Part shown: positions 24,270 through 38,020 of the stretch, piece after piece
Layout: every line of letters begins with the position of its first letter
Position numbering within the stretch: position 1 is the stretch's first letter
Origin: Octopus bimaculoides
Lineage: Eukaryota
Direction of reading: 5' to 3'
Length of the DNA stretch: 64,000 nucleotides
NCBI RefSeq assembly: GCF_001194135.2
Contig: NC_068991.1
Span: 60,552,233 to 60,616,232, forward strand
Notes under the pieces: generated by a model
Databases searched by the model: none
The model's input: the letters and a program-made list of their open reading frames with translations, nothing else
Told to the model about the DNA's origin: nothing
Program-made: the position numbers and the translations under genes

Positions 24270-24603
24270 CGAACGTGATCGTTACCAGCGTCGCCTTACT
24301 GGCACTTGAAAAAACATTCGAGTGAGGTCGTTGCCAGTGCCGCTGGACTGGCTCCTGTGCAGGTGGCACGTAAAAAACACCACTCGAGTGTGGCCGTTGC
24401 CAGTACTGCCCGACTGACCCTTGTGCCGGTGGCACATAAAAGCACCCACTACACTCTTGGAGTGGTTGGCATTAGGAAAGGCATTCAGCTGTAGAAACTG
24501 CCAGATCAGATTGGAGCCTGCTGCAGTCATCTGGTTCACCAGTCCCCAGTCAAATCGTCCAACCCATGGTAGCATCGAAAGCAGACGCTAAACGATGATG
24601 ATG
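24270..24603 (+). mobile_element. RTE-associated 3' tail element (representative; other copies ~27520-27953+, 32715-33050+, 37345-37530-, 38338-38700-, 44885-45020-, 46010-46185+, 55325-55475+, 58830-59175+)
   Basis: Shared GTTGCCAGT...GGCACGTAAAA internal repeats, GGCGTTAGGAAGGGCATCCAGC, and CCCATGCTAGCATGGAAAGCGGACGTTAAACGATGATG tail. Confidence 0.8.
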
Positions 24604-26621
24604 TATGTAGGTATGTATGTTTATATATATATATATAAATATATGTATGTATGTATGTATGAGGGTCAACCGAAATCATGTGAATGAATTTAGTAGGTAG
24701 ATGTTTCCATTATGTGTGTACATGTGTGTAAGTACGTGTGCCCCCTAACAGAAAGGTAGGAAAAAACATATATGTATGTATGTTTGTGTCTCTTTGTCTG
24801 GATACTGTGTAATAGTTGTAAATGAGTGCCACTGTCATTCATTTCAAATATTCTGCGAGAACATGTTCGGCCATGAGGAAATATTACCTTGCTTGCAAAC
24901 AAGGGTTACCAACAGGAAAGGCATCTGGTTGTAGAAAATCTGTCTCAATAAGCTCTGTCTGAGCTATGCAAGCAAGGAAATGTGGGCATTAAAATGATGG
25001 TAAAGAGGAGGATATATATTACAACAAGCTTTTTTTTTCAGTTTCCATCAACCAAATCCATTTACATGATTTTGGTTGATCCAAGGATATAGTAGAAGAC
25101 ATTTAATCAATATGTCATGCAAGTAGGACAGACCCAAAAAAGCATGTGGTTGGGAAGAAATTGTTTTAACCATGCAACAATGCTGGCTAGCATTTGTAAT
25201 CCATATAATACAACCTTTTTACACACATACTTGTCGTGCTGATTGTACCAGAGAATTACATTAAAGAGCAGATGGATCTGTGGAATACTCAACCACTTAT
25301 ATGCTAATTCAAGGGCAGGTAATGCAGTTGATCAAACAACTAAATCCTCAGCATCAAAACTGATAGGGATCCCTATATATGACCCTAGTATGGAAGAACT
25401 AGTAAATTGTCTATGAATGCAAATGACAACAATTAAAACACATGTGATGAGCAACCAAGAGAATTTCTATGTCGTCACTCAACCTGCTAGAAATAGCAGT
25501 CAAATCACTTTCAAATCATATCCAACCATCTTCTAAAAAATATAAAAGGGAGGATATATTGGATAGTATAATCATAGATATACTGTGCTTGATCATAAGT
25601 CCATTCAATTGGAACTCACTTGGTTCTAAACAACCACAAGGTGTGTAATATGATGATACTGAAGATTCAACTGTTTATATTGACGATTAAGTTCAATTAG
25701 CAGTGATTAAAAAGAAATCAATATAGAAATAAACACCAAAACATGATATAAGCTTGTTTTAAAAAGAATTTATTTTGTGTGCATGTGTATATTACACAAA
25801 CACAGAGTCCTTGGTGTTACTTTAAACTGCATTAAGTAGAGGGGCTTAAGGGTTCCAAGAAGTGTGGAACCATCTCTTAATTTTTACTCTAACTTGGAGT
25901 AGTAGCACTTGCCAGGGCCTCCACTATGGGTTAATTAGCATGTCATTGGAAGAATGTCACTCACAGGCCATTTAACAAACCCAGGGCCTTTCAGGTTTTT
26001 AACTGCTCATCTATGAGAAGGTAATTCCATACTAATCCTGCATCCGGGTAACCACTGGGCTTTTGTTGCACCAAACCAGTACAAGTTTGAAAGATGAGAG
26101 TGGAACTGGCTCTGCAAAAACTTTGCCCACACTATAATAATATTCATCACACAGGCTGTTCAGCAGAATGAGACACCAACACCATCACACTTTGAGAACA
26201 TGATGTAGCTGGCTTGCTGAGCCCCCATATGCCAAATCAATGAGAGTCCTAAGGTATATATGTGAGGGCACATGGCCCAGTGGTTAGGGTGTTGCACACA
26301 CGATCGTTAAATTGTGATTTCAATTCTTGGACCAGGTAGTGCGTTGTGTTCTTGAGCAAAACACTTCCTTTCACATTGCTCTGTAATTAGTCCAATGACA
26401 TGTGAGGTATGGTGCACCTGTTCAAGCAACATTGGTTTGATGGAAGGAGTGAGCAAATGTACAGCACACATATTTCATCACCATAAATAAATTATTTGAG
26501 CAGCTTTTTCATACATCGTCTTTGACAAGAAATTGTCATACACACGAATATATATATATATACATACACACACACACACACACATACACATTCTCAAAAT
26601 CCTTAAATGTTTTCAAATTAG

Positions 26622-26714
26622 TTATTTTCTCTCTGTCTGTACATGCCGCCCTACAAGTTTGCGTTTGATATTTGCATTGACGTTATGGACTTTGGTCATT
26701 TTCCGAGCTGCCAT
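26622..26714 (-). CDS. DDX28: DDX28 coding exon 14 (terminal)
   Basis: Acceptor ttctctgttttcag; MAARKMTKVHNVNANIKRKLVGRHVQTERK*, corresponding to human LAARRRRSL. Confidence 0.85.
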   Translation of the reverse strand: MAARKMTKVHNVNANIKRKLVGRHVQTERK

Positions 26715-27019
26715 CTGAAAACAGAGAAGGGAAAAAGAAACATTAAAAGTCAAATTCTGCCAAAATACTGAAAAAATAGACTTGTCAGAAGTAAATGTTT
26801 TTTTATTGTCGTCAATTATAAAATTGAAGATGCAAAAAGAATATGGCATTGCAATGTCCAAGCTGCTAAAGGGTTGGTCTTTTAGCTAGATTGCTCAAAG
26901 CAACACATGGATGGAGAATGAAGAATTATCTCTTATGTTTTACTTGTTTCAGTCATTGGATTGTGGTTATGCTGGAGCACTGTCTTCAGGGTTTAGTTGA
27001 ACAAATCCATCCAGTACAA

Positions 27020-27227
27020 CAGTAATCCCTCAACTATCACGGGTATTACATTCCAAAATTCCCAGCGAAAGGTGAAAATCCGTGAAGTAGAAACAGTACT
27101 GTACTGTATATTTTTTAAAATCATTTTTATAATTTGTATATATTTATTTTATTATAAATGCAAAACAACACCGCGGAGGAATCAATATAAGCTTAAATGA
27201 TAAACTGTGATAGGTGAACCACAATAT
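27020..27227 (+). mobile_element. Truncated Tigger/pogo-like MITE
   Basis: Starts CAGTAATCCCTCAACTATCACGGG...GGTGAAAATCCGTGAAGTAG; right TIR incomplete. Confidence 0.45.
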
Positions 27228-29346
27228 GCTAAGTTACAAACCAATGTCAATGGTCAAGCACACATTTATATATACATACATCATCATTATCATAATTTAA
27301 TGTCCATCTTCCATGCTGGCATGGGTTGGATGGTCTGACAGCAGCTGGTAAGCTAAAGGACTGTGCCAAGCTCTGCTATCTGTTCTGGCATAGATTTTAT
27401 GGCTAGATGCCCTTCCTGATGCCAACCACTTTACAGTGCATTTTATGTGGTACCAGCACATATGTGTGTGTATGTATGTGGCAATGACAAACAACCGAGA
27501 CCTTTGGAGATAGGCTGTGCTTGAGAAGACCTGGCAAGCCAAGTGAGATCGTAGCTGTGGCCCATGCCAGTGTTGCATAACCAGACCATTTAAGAGTTTC
27601 CTTCAATTGTTGGGCAATGTGCTGTGCTTGAGAAAACATGTTGAGTCAAGTGAAATTGTTGTTGTGACCGATGCCAGTACTGCCTGACTGGCACCCGTGC
27701 CGGTGACTCGTAGAAAGCACCTTTGAGCGTGGTTAATGCTAGTGCTGCCTGATTGGCCCCATGCTGATGTCATGTAAAAAGCACTCACTACACTCTCAAA
27801 GTGGTAGGCGTTAGGAAGGGCATCCAGCTGTAGAAACCTTGCCAGATCAGATTGGAGCCTGGTGTAGCCTCCTGCTTGCCAATCCTCAGTCAAACCGTCC
27901 GACCCATGCCAGCATGGAAAGTGGACGTTAAACAATGATGATGATGATGATGATAATTTATACACACACACACACACATAGATGACAGGCTTCCACACAG
28001 TTTCTGTCTATTCATTCATATGATACCTTCTGTCATATTCATTCACAAAGCATTGGTTGGCTAATTTGATATAGTAGACACTTGCCCAAGATTTCATCCA
28101 CATGGTTGCAAAGCAACCTTCTTGACCACACAGCCATACCTGTGCCGTGCCTATATCCAGAAAAATTTTAAACTTGCTTCAGTCTTAAGCACTGAATGTC
28201 TCCCTGTCATCTCTTGGACTGTAAACCACAGTATTTGAGCAAACATCTGCCAATAAGGACATGACAGCCTAGTTTCTTTCAAAAAACACACAAAGAACAA
28301 TCTAATGCCACACTCTCCCACATGTGAACACAACAAAAACACCTGCAAAAGTTATAAAAAACTAGATAGATAATCTTAAATACAACATTGTCATATTTGC
28401 ATCACAAAAACCAAGATGCCACTTCAGCCTGATTAGTTACTAAGCCTATAACAAAGCTCAAAAAGAGTAAATCAGCACAAAAATACAACAGTAAATTTGT
28501 AACATAAGGTAACATTGCTGTTACCTACAGTGACTACCACCACCACTGCCACCACCAAGTCAAGTTTAGTTTTCCATGCTAACATAGTTTAGTTGGATTC
28601 AGCACAGAATCTCATCACTTGTTGCATTCTTTCATGTTCTCCTTTGTGAGTCTCAGCTTCCTGATTTCAAACCTCACCACTTCCAATGATTGATTAACAA
28701 TACATTAATGTGCATGTGTGTCAGTATGTGTGTGTGTGTGTGTGTCTGTGTGTGTGTGTGTGTGCGTGTAGTTGTATTTTTGCATTTGCTTGTCTTGACA
28801 TCACGTGGTGGTTGTATTAATGATGATCAGCACCATACAAGTGATGCTGCTCGATTCTAGTCTATGTAAAATGTATCTGGCCATGGGGAAATATTACCTT
28901 GTTCCTTGTTTGGAAACAGCAAGGGCATGTGATCACAGAAAATCTGCCATAACAAATTTTGTGTGACCCATGCAAACATGGAAAAGCAGACGTTAAATAA
29001 TGACATAGATGATGGTGATGGAATATAGAAAAATCTTTCACCTCTAAAAATGATAGTTTGAAAAAACATATAATCTTATAGCAAATTTGTATTGGTTAAG
29101 CAGATCAATGGAAATGTCATTGTTATCATCATCATCATCATCATCGTCATTTTAACACCCAGTTTTCCATGCTTGTATGGGTTAGATGGAGTTTATTGAG
29201 GCAGATTTAGGGTTAGTCCTGTCACTAACTCTCAACTGCTTTCAAGAAAGATAACATTTCCACATGGACAGATGCGAATGACACTACTTATATGATAGTG
29301 ACTCTCATTTACAACTATTATGCAATGTCTAGACAAGGAGAGAGTA

Positions 29347-29380
<34 letters not shown>

Positions 29381-29714
29381 GCATATGTAACAGGCTTTTG
29401 TCAGATTCCATCTAACAAATCCATTCACAAGGCTTTGGTTAGCCTGAGGCTACAGTAGAAAACACTTGTCCAAGGTGCAACACAGTGGAACTGAACCTGG
29501 AACCAAGTGATTGGAAAGCAAACTTCTTAACCTCAGTGACGTCTGTGCCTTTGTCAAGGGTAAACAACTAATATGTGCTGATGCAATTTCTGACTCTGAA
29601 TTGACTAAATCACTGTAGATTTCTTTATCTGACAAATCTCTTAAAACTGAAAAACAAAACAATAAGGCTGGCTTCAATAAGCAATATTATTGTCAATTAG
29701 TTACAGATACTTAC

Positions 29715-29867
29715 TTCAAGCAACCATACTATTTCCACTTCATACTTGTGTGCCACTAAAGAAATTACTTCAGAGGTTGCATTTGAACCAAGACGTCCAA
29801 CACGCCCAACACGGTGGATGTAATCAGAGACGAAATGAGGGAAATCATAGTTCATAACGGTTTGCAC
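29715..29867 (-). CDS. DDX28: DDX28 coding exon 13 (motif VI)
   Basis: VQTVMNYDFPHFVSDYIHRVGRVGRLGS...; AG/GT, phase 0-0. Confidence 0.95.
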
Positions 29868-29882
29868 CTAGACACAGAAAAA

Positions 29883-29923
<41 letters not shown>

Positions 29924-30569
29924 NNNNNNNNNNNNNNNNNNNNNNNNNNNNNNNNNNNNNNNNNNNNNNNNNNNNNNNNNNNNNNNNNNNNNNNNNNNNN
30001 NNNNNNNNNNNNNNNNNNNNNNNNNNNNNNNNNNNNNNNNNNNNNNNNNNNNNNNNNNNNNNNNNNNNNNNNNNNNNNNNNNNNNNNNNNNNNNNNNNNN
30101 NNNNNNNNNNNNNNNNNNNNNNNNNNNNNNNNNNNNNNNNNNNNNNNNNNNNNNNNNNNNNNNNNNNNNNNNNNNNNNNNNNNNNNNNNNNNNNNNNNNN
30201 NNNNNNNNNNNNNNNNNNNNNNNNNNNNNNNNNNNNNNNNNNNNNNNNNNNNNNNNNNNNNNNNNNNNNNNNNNNNNNNNNNNNNNNNNNNNNNNNNNNN
30301 NNNNNNNNNNNNNNNNNNNNNNNNNNNNNNNNNNNNNNNNNNNNNNNNNNNNNNNNNNNNNNNNNNNNNNNNNNNNNNNNNNNNNNNNNNNNNNNNNNNN
30401 NNNNNNNNNNNNNNNNNNNNNNNNNNNNNNNNNNNNNNNNNNNNNNNNNNNNNNNNNNNNNNNNNNNNNNNNNNNNNNNNNNNNNNNNNNNNNNNNNNNN
30501 NNNNNNNNNNNNNNNNNNNNNNNNNNNNNNNNNNNNNNNNNNNNNNNNNNNNNNNNNNNNNNNNNNNNN

Positions 30570-30604
30570 CATTTTGGACATTAGAGTCCTTCATCAGGAA
30601 AAAG
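30570..30604 (-). ncRNA. Hammerhead ribozyme-like remnant truncated by assembly gap
   Basis: Minus: CTGATGA-A-GGAC-TCTAAT-GTCC-AAAA-TG-[N gap]. 4-bp stem II; AAAA and TG are compatible with CpG decay of GAAA-CG. Confidence 0.45.
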
Positions 30605-31638
30605 AAAGGAAGAAAGGTAGTGGAAAAGAGAGAAGAAAAAAAAGAGAGGGTTAGGGGGCCAGGAAATGTGGGTCTATGAGAAAGAGTTAAAAAGAGAGAA
30701 AGAGGCATGTTTTGTTCATATATAAAAGAGGACCAGTGTAAGGAGATGGACATTATTAGTATTTCAATTCAATGAACCCCATAGCTTCATTACTTTGGTT
30801 ATTTTGCAACAACTAGATGCCTTTTCTTTTATCAACAAGTGGAGCAGATTGGATGTATCAGGTCATCCCATAAGTTCTGCTCTCCAACATGGGTACACCT
30901 TACTGCAGTATGTGCAACCACATAGATTTTCAATAGGTTTCTTTAAGACTGCCCACCTTCAATGATTTATAAGCAACAACTTAATATTTTAAAAAACAAA
31001 TGGTATATAAGCTACTCACAGAACCACACATCTTGGGGAAGCAAACAATAGTTGATTATATCAACCACATCATCATCATCATCATCATTTAACATCTGTT
31101 TTCCATGGGTTGGATGGTTTGACAGGAGCTGGCAAGCCAAAAGAGTGAACTGAGCTCTACTGTCTGTTTCCAAATGCCAATCACTTTACAGAGTGTATTG
31201 GGTGCTTTCAATGAGGCACTGGCACCAATGAGGTCAACAAATAACTCACAAGACAAGATCCCGCAACAGAGTGGGGAGTTGTATTGAGGGACGTGGCTTT
31301 ATGCCAGGGGATGAAAGATTAAAGTATGATAGAGAACAGGAACAGGTGTCTTGCCATAGGAGAGATACACACCTGCCCCAGTTGAAAGAGAAAGTAGATG
31401 GTGGTGAGGATGTGTCAGGGTGTATCTTCAAGTTACAAGAAGCTCAATAAAAGAGAAGTATAGTAGAATATTTTGTTTTATCCATTCCATAAGGAGGAAT
31501 GGCATAACTGACCTCAGTGGGATTTGAACTCTGAACATAACTGATTAAGTGAAGTACCACAAGGCATTTTCTCCATCACTCTACCAATTCACTTAATTGT
31601 TTCCTTGTTTAATTCCATTATAATTCCAGCATACTTAC

Positions 31639-31731
31639 ATGTGTTGTATCCAAACCTCTGGAAGCAATGTCTGTAGAGACTAGAATACGGAATTCTTGAT
31701 TCATAAATTTCTCATAAATATCTTTCCTTTC
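31639..31731 (-). CDS. DDX28: DDX28 coding exon 12 (motif V)
   Basis: ERKDIYEKFMNQEFRILVSTDIASRGLDTTH; phase 0-0. Confidence 0.95.
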
Positions 31732-32471
31732 CTGAAAAGGAAAACATTTTTTTATTAAACTGACAAACATAAATTCATCATCATCATAAAAAAAAAACAA
31801 TGTAGTTATAAAATGGCAAAATGTGTCATGCTTCATTTTACAAAACATATACAGGATAATAAAACTGTAGGTAAGTTCCATACAAAACATAATCCCTTAA
31901 AAGTTGGTTCATAGCTGATTCTTGTTCAATGAATTAATATATTACAGGCATATTACAGGTATGTGATTAAGGAATCCACTTGGTAATTGCATGGTTTGAG
32001 GTTTTCTCCTACTATGCAGCATTTTGGTCAAGTGTCTTCTATAGTTTCAGGTTAACCAATACTTTGTGAGTGAATTTATAGACAAAAACTGTGCAGAAGC
32101 CTGTCATGTGTGTGTGTGTGTGTGTGCGCACACATGCGTGTGTATGTATGTATGTGTGTGAGTTACATCCTTGTAACTTAGCAGTTTGGCAAAGAGAAAC
32201 TGACAGAATAAGAACTCAACATAACATAGTACTGGATTGATTTAATCAACTATATCCTTTAAAGCTGTACCCCAGCATGGCCATAGTCTAATGACTGAGG
32301 CATAATCACATAATTAAGAGCCATGCTATACGATGCTTGCTGGATGCTTCAGTTTGATGTTAATATAGGCCAGAAAAGTATATTTGATATCACTCTTGTT
32401 CTTTCCCTTATTACTTGAAGGAATAGAATAAGCATAGTGTATATTGTAAAATATTGCTTTTTACTGTTTAA

Positions 32472-32672
32472 CCCATTTATTACCATATTTCTGTTAAAAT
32501 ACACTGCCTGAAGGATAATGAAGAATTTAATGAAATAACTATTGTTATTCTTAAGATGGTGATTTGGATACATCATGAAATTTTGATGTTAAGTTTAAAT
32601 TTAGTTCACTTTCCAAGAAGTTTGTATCAAAGAACCAGGAGCAATCCCCGGTGGGTTGGTAATCAAAAAGAA
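32472..32672. mobile_element. Degenerate piggyBac-like MITE
   Basis: TTAA|CCCATTTATTACC left end; GGTAATCAAAAAG-AATAA right end (degenerate). Related sequence near 60810-60990. Confidence 0.4.
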
Positions 32673-33395
32673 TAACCCATTAGCATTCAGACTTTTCTGT
32701 TGAATGTAATGCTTATCGCCTTACTGGCACTTGTGCTGGTGGCACATTAGAAAATCATTTGACCGAGGTCGTTGCCAGTGCCGCTGGACTGTCTCCTGTG
32801 CAGGTGGCACGTAAAAAACACCATTTTGAGCGTGGCCATTGCCAGTATCGCGTGACTGGCCCTCGTGCCAGTGGCACGTAAAAGCATCCACTACACTCTC
32901 AGAGTGGTTGGCGTTAGGAAGGGTATCCAGCTGTAGAAACTCTGCCAGATCAGATTGGAGCCTGGTGCAGCCATCCGGTTCACTAGTCCTCAGTCAAATC
33001 GTGTAACCCATGCTAGCATGGAAAGCGGACGTTAAACAATGAAGATGATGAGGATGATTGTTTGAATTAACCATCATTAACTTGTATCCTCAAGATTTTA
33101 ATGATGTGATTGCCTATTTTTAGAACACCGGTGGAGGGTAGGTGTGAGAAACCAGATTTAACCAGTTGTGACAGACTGGGGTCCTGTTAAGAAGGTATGT
33201 TGTGATCTTGATCACATATACACTATGGAACCCACATACTCAAGACTGTAAATGACCAGGGGTTGATGAGATGAATAAGTAAATGTGTAAATTTGTGAAA
33301 ACAACCTTACGTTTCAGTATGACAAACAAAATGGAAAGTAACAAAATAAAAGACACAGAAAAGTATTAAAATAGGTAAAGAGTTTAATTATTCAA

Positions 33396-33810
33396 GGCGT
33401 AGGAGTGGCTGTGTGGTAAGTAGCTTGCTTACGAACCACATGGTTCCGGGTTCAGTCCTACTGCATGGCGCCTTGGGCAAGTGTCTTCTAGTATAGCCTT
33501 GGGCCAACCAAAGCCATGTGAGTGGATTTGGTAGACGGAAACCGAAAGAAGCCCGTCGTATATATGTATGTGTGTATATGTTTGTGTGTTTGTGCCCCCA
33601 AGATCGCTTGACAACCGATGCTGATGTGTTTACGTCCCCATAACTTAGCGGTTCAGCAAAACAGACCAATAGAATAAGTACTAGGCTTACAAAGAATAAG
33701 TACTAGGCTTACAAAGAATAAGTCCTGGGGTCAATTTCCTTGACTAAAGGCGGTGCTCCAGCATGGCCACAGTCAAATGACTGAAACAAGTAAAAGAGTA
33801 AAAGAGAGTA
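33396..33810 (+). mobile_element. tRNA-derived SINE family A, full length (also 43772-44153+, 45050-45420+, 54196-54578-)
   Basis: tRNA-like head with B box GGGTTCAGTCC, internal TA/TG microsatellite, tail ending GAAACAAGTAAAAGAG; 22-bp internal tandem duplication at ~33671-33720. Confidence 0.85.
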
Positions 33811-33822
33811 AATCACACTAAC

Positions 33823-33968
33823 CTCAGCAAAGACGTTTCCATTAAACAGAGCAGCTGATACACCATTTTCCTCTAAGAACTTGTATAACCAATAACTGCT
33901 AGAATTGTCCTTGCAAAATAACATCACCGAAGACATCTTATTCTTTTTGGCAAACTTCAATACAAAAC
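33823..33968 (-). CDS. DDX28: DDX28 coding exon 11 (motif IV)
   Basis: GFVLKFAKKNKMSSVMLFCKDNSSSYWLYKFLEENG...; phase 1-0. Confidence 0.92.
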
Positions 33969-34740
33969 CTGAAAGCAAAATCTTCTTCATTATTATTTAA
34001 TCTTCTCACATTTCATAACAGAATAATAATTTGTTTCATATACAAATGCAGATGCAGGCGTAGTTGTGCAGTTAAGAAAGTTGATTCTCAGCCATGTGGC
34101 CTTTGGTTCAGTCCCACTATGCGACACTTTGGGCAAGTGTCTTCTACTATAGCCTTGTGCTGACCAAAGCCTTGTGAGTGGATTTGGTAGAGGGAAACTG
34201 AAAGAAGGTAAATAGTAAATCTCAAAAAACGAAGAACAAACACAAGAAAAAACAACAATGCGAGGACTACTAATACTCTGCATGTATCATGTCCTCGTGT
34301 TGTTTTTTTCTTGTGTTTGTTCTTTCGTTTTTTGGGGGATTTACTATATATACATACACACATGTTATGCATGTATATGTATGTGTGTATTTGTATCTCC
34401 TTTTCCTGACATAACATGATGGTTGTAAATGAGTGTCATTGTCATACAAGCAGTGTCATTCATTTCCAATACTACAGCGGTAGAAACCAAGCCAGTTCCT
34501 GTCAAACCGTCCAACCCATGCCAGCATGGAAAGTAGATGTTAAATGATGATGATAACAAGAGTCTGTAGAAGCACATAACCCATGGAATAAAAAGTTAAT
34601 GTGTAAACATTTAAGAAAAAGAATGAAAATCAACAAAGTATAAGAAAAAAAATCATTAGTTAAGGCATCAAATGTCACAGAAAAACTTATGAAGATCAAA
34701 CAGCTTCCCTTAATGATGAATATTCATTAGAATTACTTAC

Positions 34741-34837
34741 CTGGTTTTTCAGAAGGTAAAAGTCTGACAAATTTCTGCTTGATGTGAGGTGGAATATGAT
34801 GCAAATATTCTGTAGTCACTTTGGTAAAGGTGTCTAG
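34741..34837 (-). CDS. DDX28: DDX28 coding exon 10
   Basis: LDTFTKVTTEYLHHIPPHIKQKFVRLLPSEKP (human LHCIMPHVKQTFLRL); phase 0-1. Confidence 0.92.
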
Positions 34838-35638
34838 CTGTAAAATAACAAGTAGAGTTGTAAGGGAAAGTTGGGGAATCATATGACTGAGACAGCATAA
34901 TAGACTTTATCCTTAAACAGAATAAAATGGGGTCAAACAACTAACAAAACATTTGGTAATTTTGCAGTGTGCCTACTGTTTGCAGAAGAAAGTACTACTG
35001 TGTGGTAGCCACATACAGAGACAAAATGTACCACTTTTGTACTTATTCATTACATAGGTGAGATATACCAGTCTATGGTACTTAGTTTAGAAGATTAGAT
35101 GTGCCAACTTAGTGATATCTAACTGCAATGAAATAAATGGAGATTTAGATGACATTGATAGAATATGTGCACACACACACACGCATGCAATGGATTTGAG
35201 GGAGAATGGTAGAATGGAAAAGAGAGAAGGGGAGAGAGAAGGAATAGGAAGATTGGGGAAAAGAAGAAGAGGAACAGAGAAAGGAGAAAAATAGAGGACA
35301 TGGAAGAGAGAGAAGGAAGGTAGCTTTTTAGATGTGGAAGAAAAGACTGATCTCATGGCCTGTGCAAGGGCTATGACCCAGTGAGGTTCTTGTGGCTTAT
35401 GTTCATCTTGAATAAGTTGCAAACTGATGACTGCAGAGAAAGAGTTCCAAAGGGCCGATATTCTGGGAAGGAAGAATTGGAAATAATGGATAGTGTGGAG
35501 CCTGGAAATGGGGTGGGGGACTATATAGTGGATGAGAGAAGGGATAAGAAGGTAGTACCAGAGTAACAACAACATGAAACCAACCAGAATCAAGAAGAAT
35601 CCATTGTAGTAAAAGTAATACAAGAAAGCAAAACTTAC

Positions 35639-35800
35639 TGGGATAATGTTACCAATCTTTGCATCCAAACTTGTTGGTAATGTTGCACCTGCAAGAATTA
35701 TTTGAGTGCCACTCACTGAAATAGCTGCATGTTCAGAAGAAGACGAAGAAGAAGAAGCAGCAGCACTGAGATCTGCAGGTGACATGGTTTTGATGTGTGC
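35639..35800 (-). CDS. DDX28: DDX28 coding exon 9 (motif III GAT, poly-Ser insert)
   Basis: AHIKTMSPADLSAAASSSSSSSEHAAISVSGTQIILAGATLP...; phase 0-0. Confidence 0.9.
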
Positions 35801-37109
35801 CTGTAATATAAAGGAACAAATCGAGACAAGACAATCAGATGTATAGCAACAAATTGAAACAGAAAACAGTTAGCAGAAAACAGTATTAAATTAAGACAGC
35901 CATCTATATATCATACTTAATGTATATATATACATATATATATATATACACACACACACAGTTGAGAGGCAAAATATTGCAGTTTTTGTCTAAGATAAAA
36001 TCTCTTAGAGATGTGTCGTGTTTAAAAACATAATATATAGAGAATGGAAATGAAACGTCATCCTCAAACGAAATCTGTCACCTCTAACATAGGAAAGATT
36101 GAATAGTATATTCACTGATATTGCAAATAGATGCTGGGCTGAATAAAAACCCAATGTATACAAATGAAGCAACATTAAATTAAAATAGCCATCTATGTAT
36201 CATAGTCAATGCACATACACCACTGACAAGCAAGATACTGCAGTTTTCAATTGCATAAACCAATGGCTATTTGCAATATTGATGAAAATATTACTCACGG
36301 TTTCCTACACCAAAGGTGTGAAGGCATGTGGTTTAGTGATTAGGGATATTTGGCTTATAGTTGCAAGGTCATGAGTTTGATCCTTGAGCAAGACACTTCA
36401 TTTCATGTTACTTCAATCCACTCAACTGGAAAAATGAGCAGTACTTGTATTTCAAAGGGCCAGACTTGTCATATTCTCCCCGAGAACTATGTTAAAGACT
36501 GTAGAGTGCTCAGTCACTTGCACATTAACTTCATGAGCAGGCTGTTCCAGTGATTGGATCAACTGAAACACATATTGTCATAAATGAGTGCCAGTAATAT
36601 CAAAGGTGATAGACTTCATCTAAGCCTGTGACTGCAAGACAAGGCCCAAGAAAGCCAAAATGCAACTGGTCTTCTTGGTAGTAGGTAGCAGGATGATTTT
36701 TCATCTCTCTCTGATGTATATTAAGTATAATTCATATATATGGAAGCGCATAGCTTAATGGTTAGGGTGTTGGACTCGTGATCCTGGGATTGTGGTTTCA
36801 GTTCCTGGACTGGGTGATGCGTTGTGTTCTTCAGCAAAACACTTCATTTCACATTGCTCCAGTCCATTCACCTACCAAAAATGAGTATTCCTGTGATGGG
36901 CAGGCATCCAGCCTAGTAGGGAAATACACTGAAGACTCTCTCTCAATATATATATGTGTATGCGTGCAAGTTTCTATTTCCCAAATTACACAAAGTTCCA
37001 CACAACAGGATCATATGATTGCAAAGTGAAATCCTAAATGACTCCACTGACAGTACATTGGTGCACCAATTTCTACAGAAAGTAAATACATAAGAGACTA
37101 AATACATAC

Positions 37110-37216
37110 TTTCATGTGATTAAGGATGCTGACAATATCAGACTGGAAGCTGTCATCCAATAATGTATCTGCTTCATCTAATACCAGCTGCATGAGGTTA
37201 TGGAACTTTATCCTGT
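37110..37216 (-). CDS. DDX28: DDX28 coding exon 8 (DEAD motif II)
   Basis: RIKFHNLMQLVLDEADTLLDDSFQSDIVSILNHMK; phase 1-0. Confidence 0.95.
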
Positions 37217-38020
37217 CTGAAAATGGCAATATTAGAAAGAGTTTCATTGTGACTGGTGAATGTTGGTGATGGCGGTAATAACAATAATAATGATGATGAT
37301 GGTGATGGTGGTAGTGGTGATGGTGAGATGATGATGATGATGATGATTATTGTCATCATCATCGTTTAACGTCCGCTTTCCATGCTAGCATGGGTTGGAC
37401 GATTTCACTGAGGACTGGCAAGCCAGGAGGCTGCACCAGGCTCCAATCTGATCTGGCAGAGTTTCTACAGCTGGATGCCCTTCCTAACACCAACCACTCC
37501 GAGAGTGTAGAGGGTGCTTTTACGTGCCACATAATATGTACAGAATGTTTAGAGTAGTTAGGGTGGAGAATGACAGTATGTGCATGTTGTGAGGGGTGTC
37601 GTGTAACAGTGTGGGTTTTAGTGCAGATATGTTGTAGTGGATGTAGTGTGACGGTGTAGGTATGTTGTGTAAGATAATAGTGCATGAGACAGTGCAAGCA
37701 CGCAGAGTAGGAAGTAGTGTGTGGCAGTGAGGTTTGTAAAGTGGTGTGTATTGTGTGACAATCACGGGTACAAAGAATTGGGTGAAGTATGTAGAAGTGT
37801 GAGAATGTAATGTGACCCTCTGAAGGTGTCGGGTGGAAATGTTGTTTAATAATGTGGGTTCTAGTGTGATAGTGCGGGTATGATGAAGATTCTGATGTTC
37901 AGGTTAAGGTAGTGATTGTAGCTTAGAGGGATTAAGATAAATTTGGTTAGTGCGGTGTAGATACGTTTCTTCATGATTTATTAAAAGACAGTTGCTAGAA
38001 ACATCAATCCCAATACTTAC

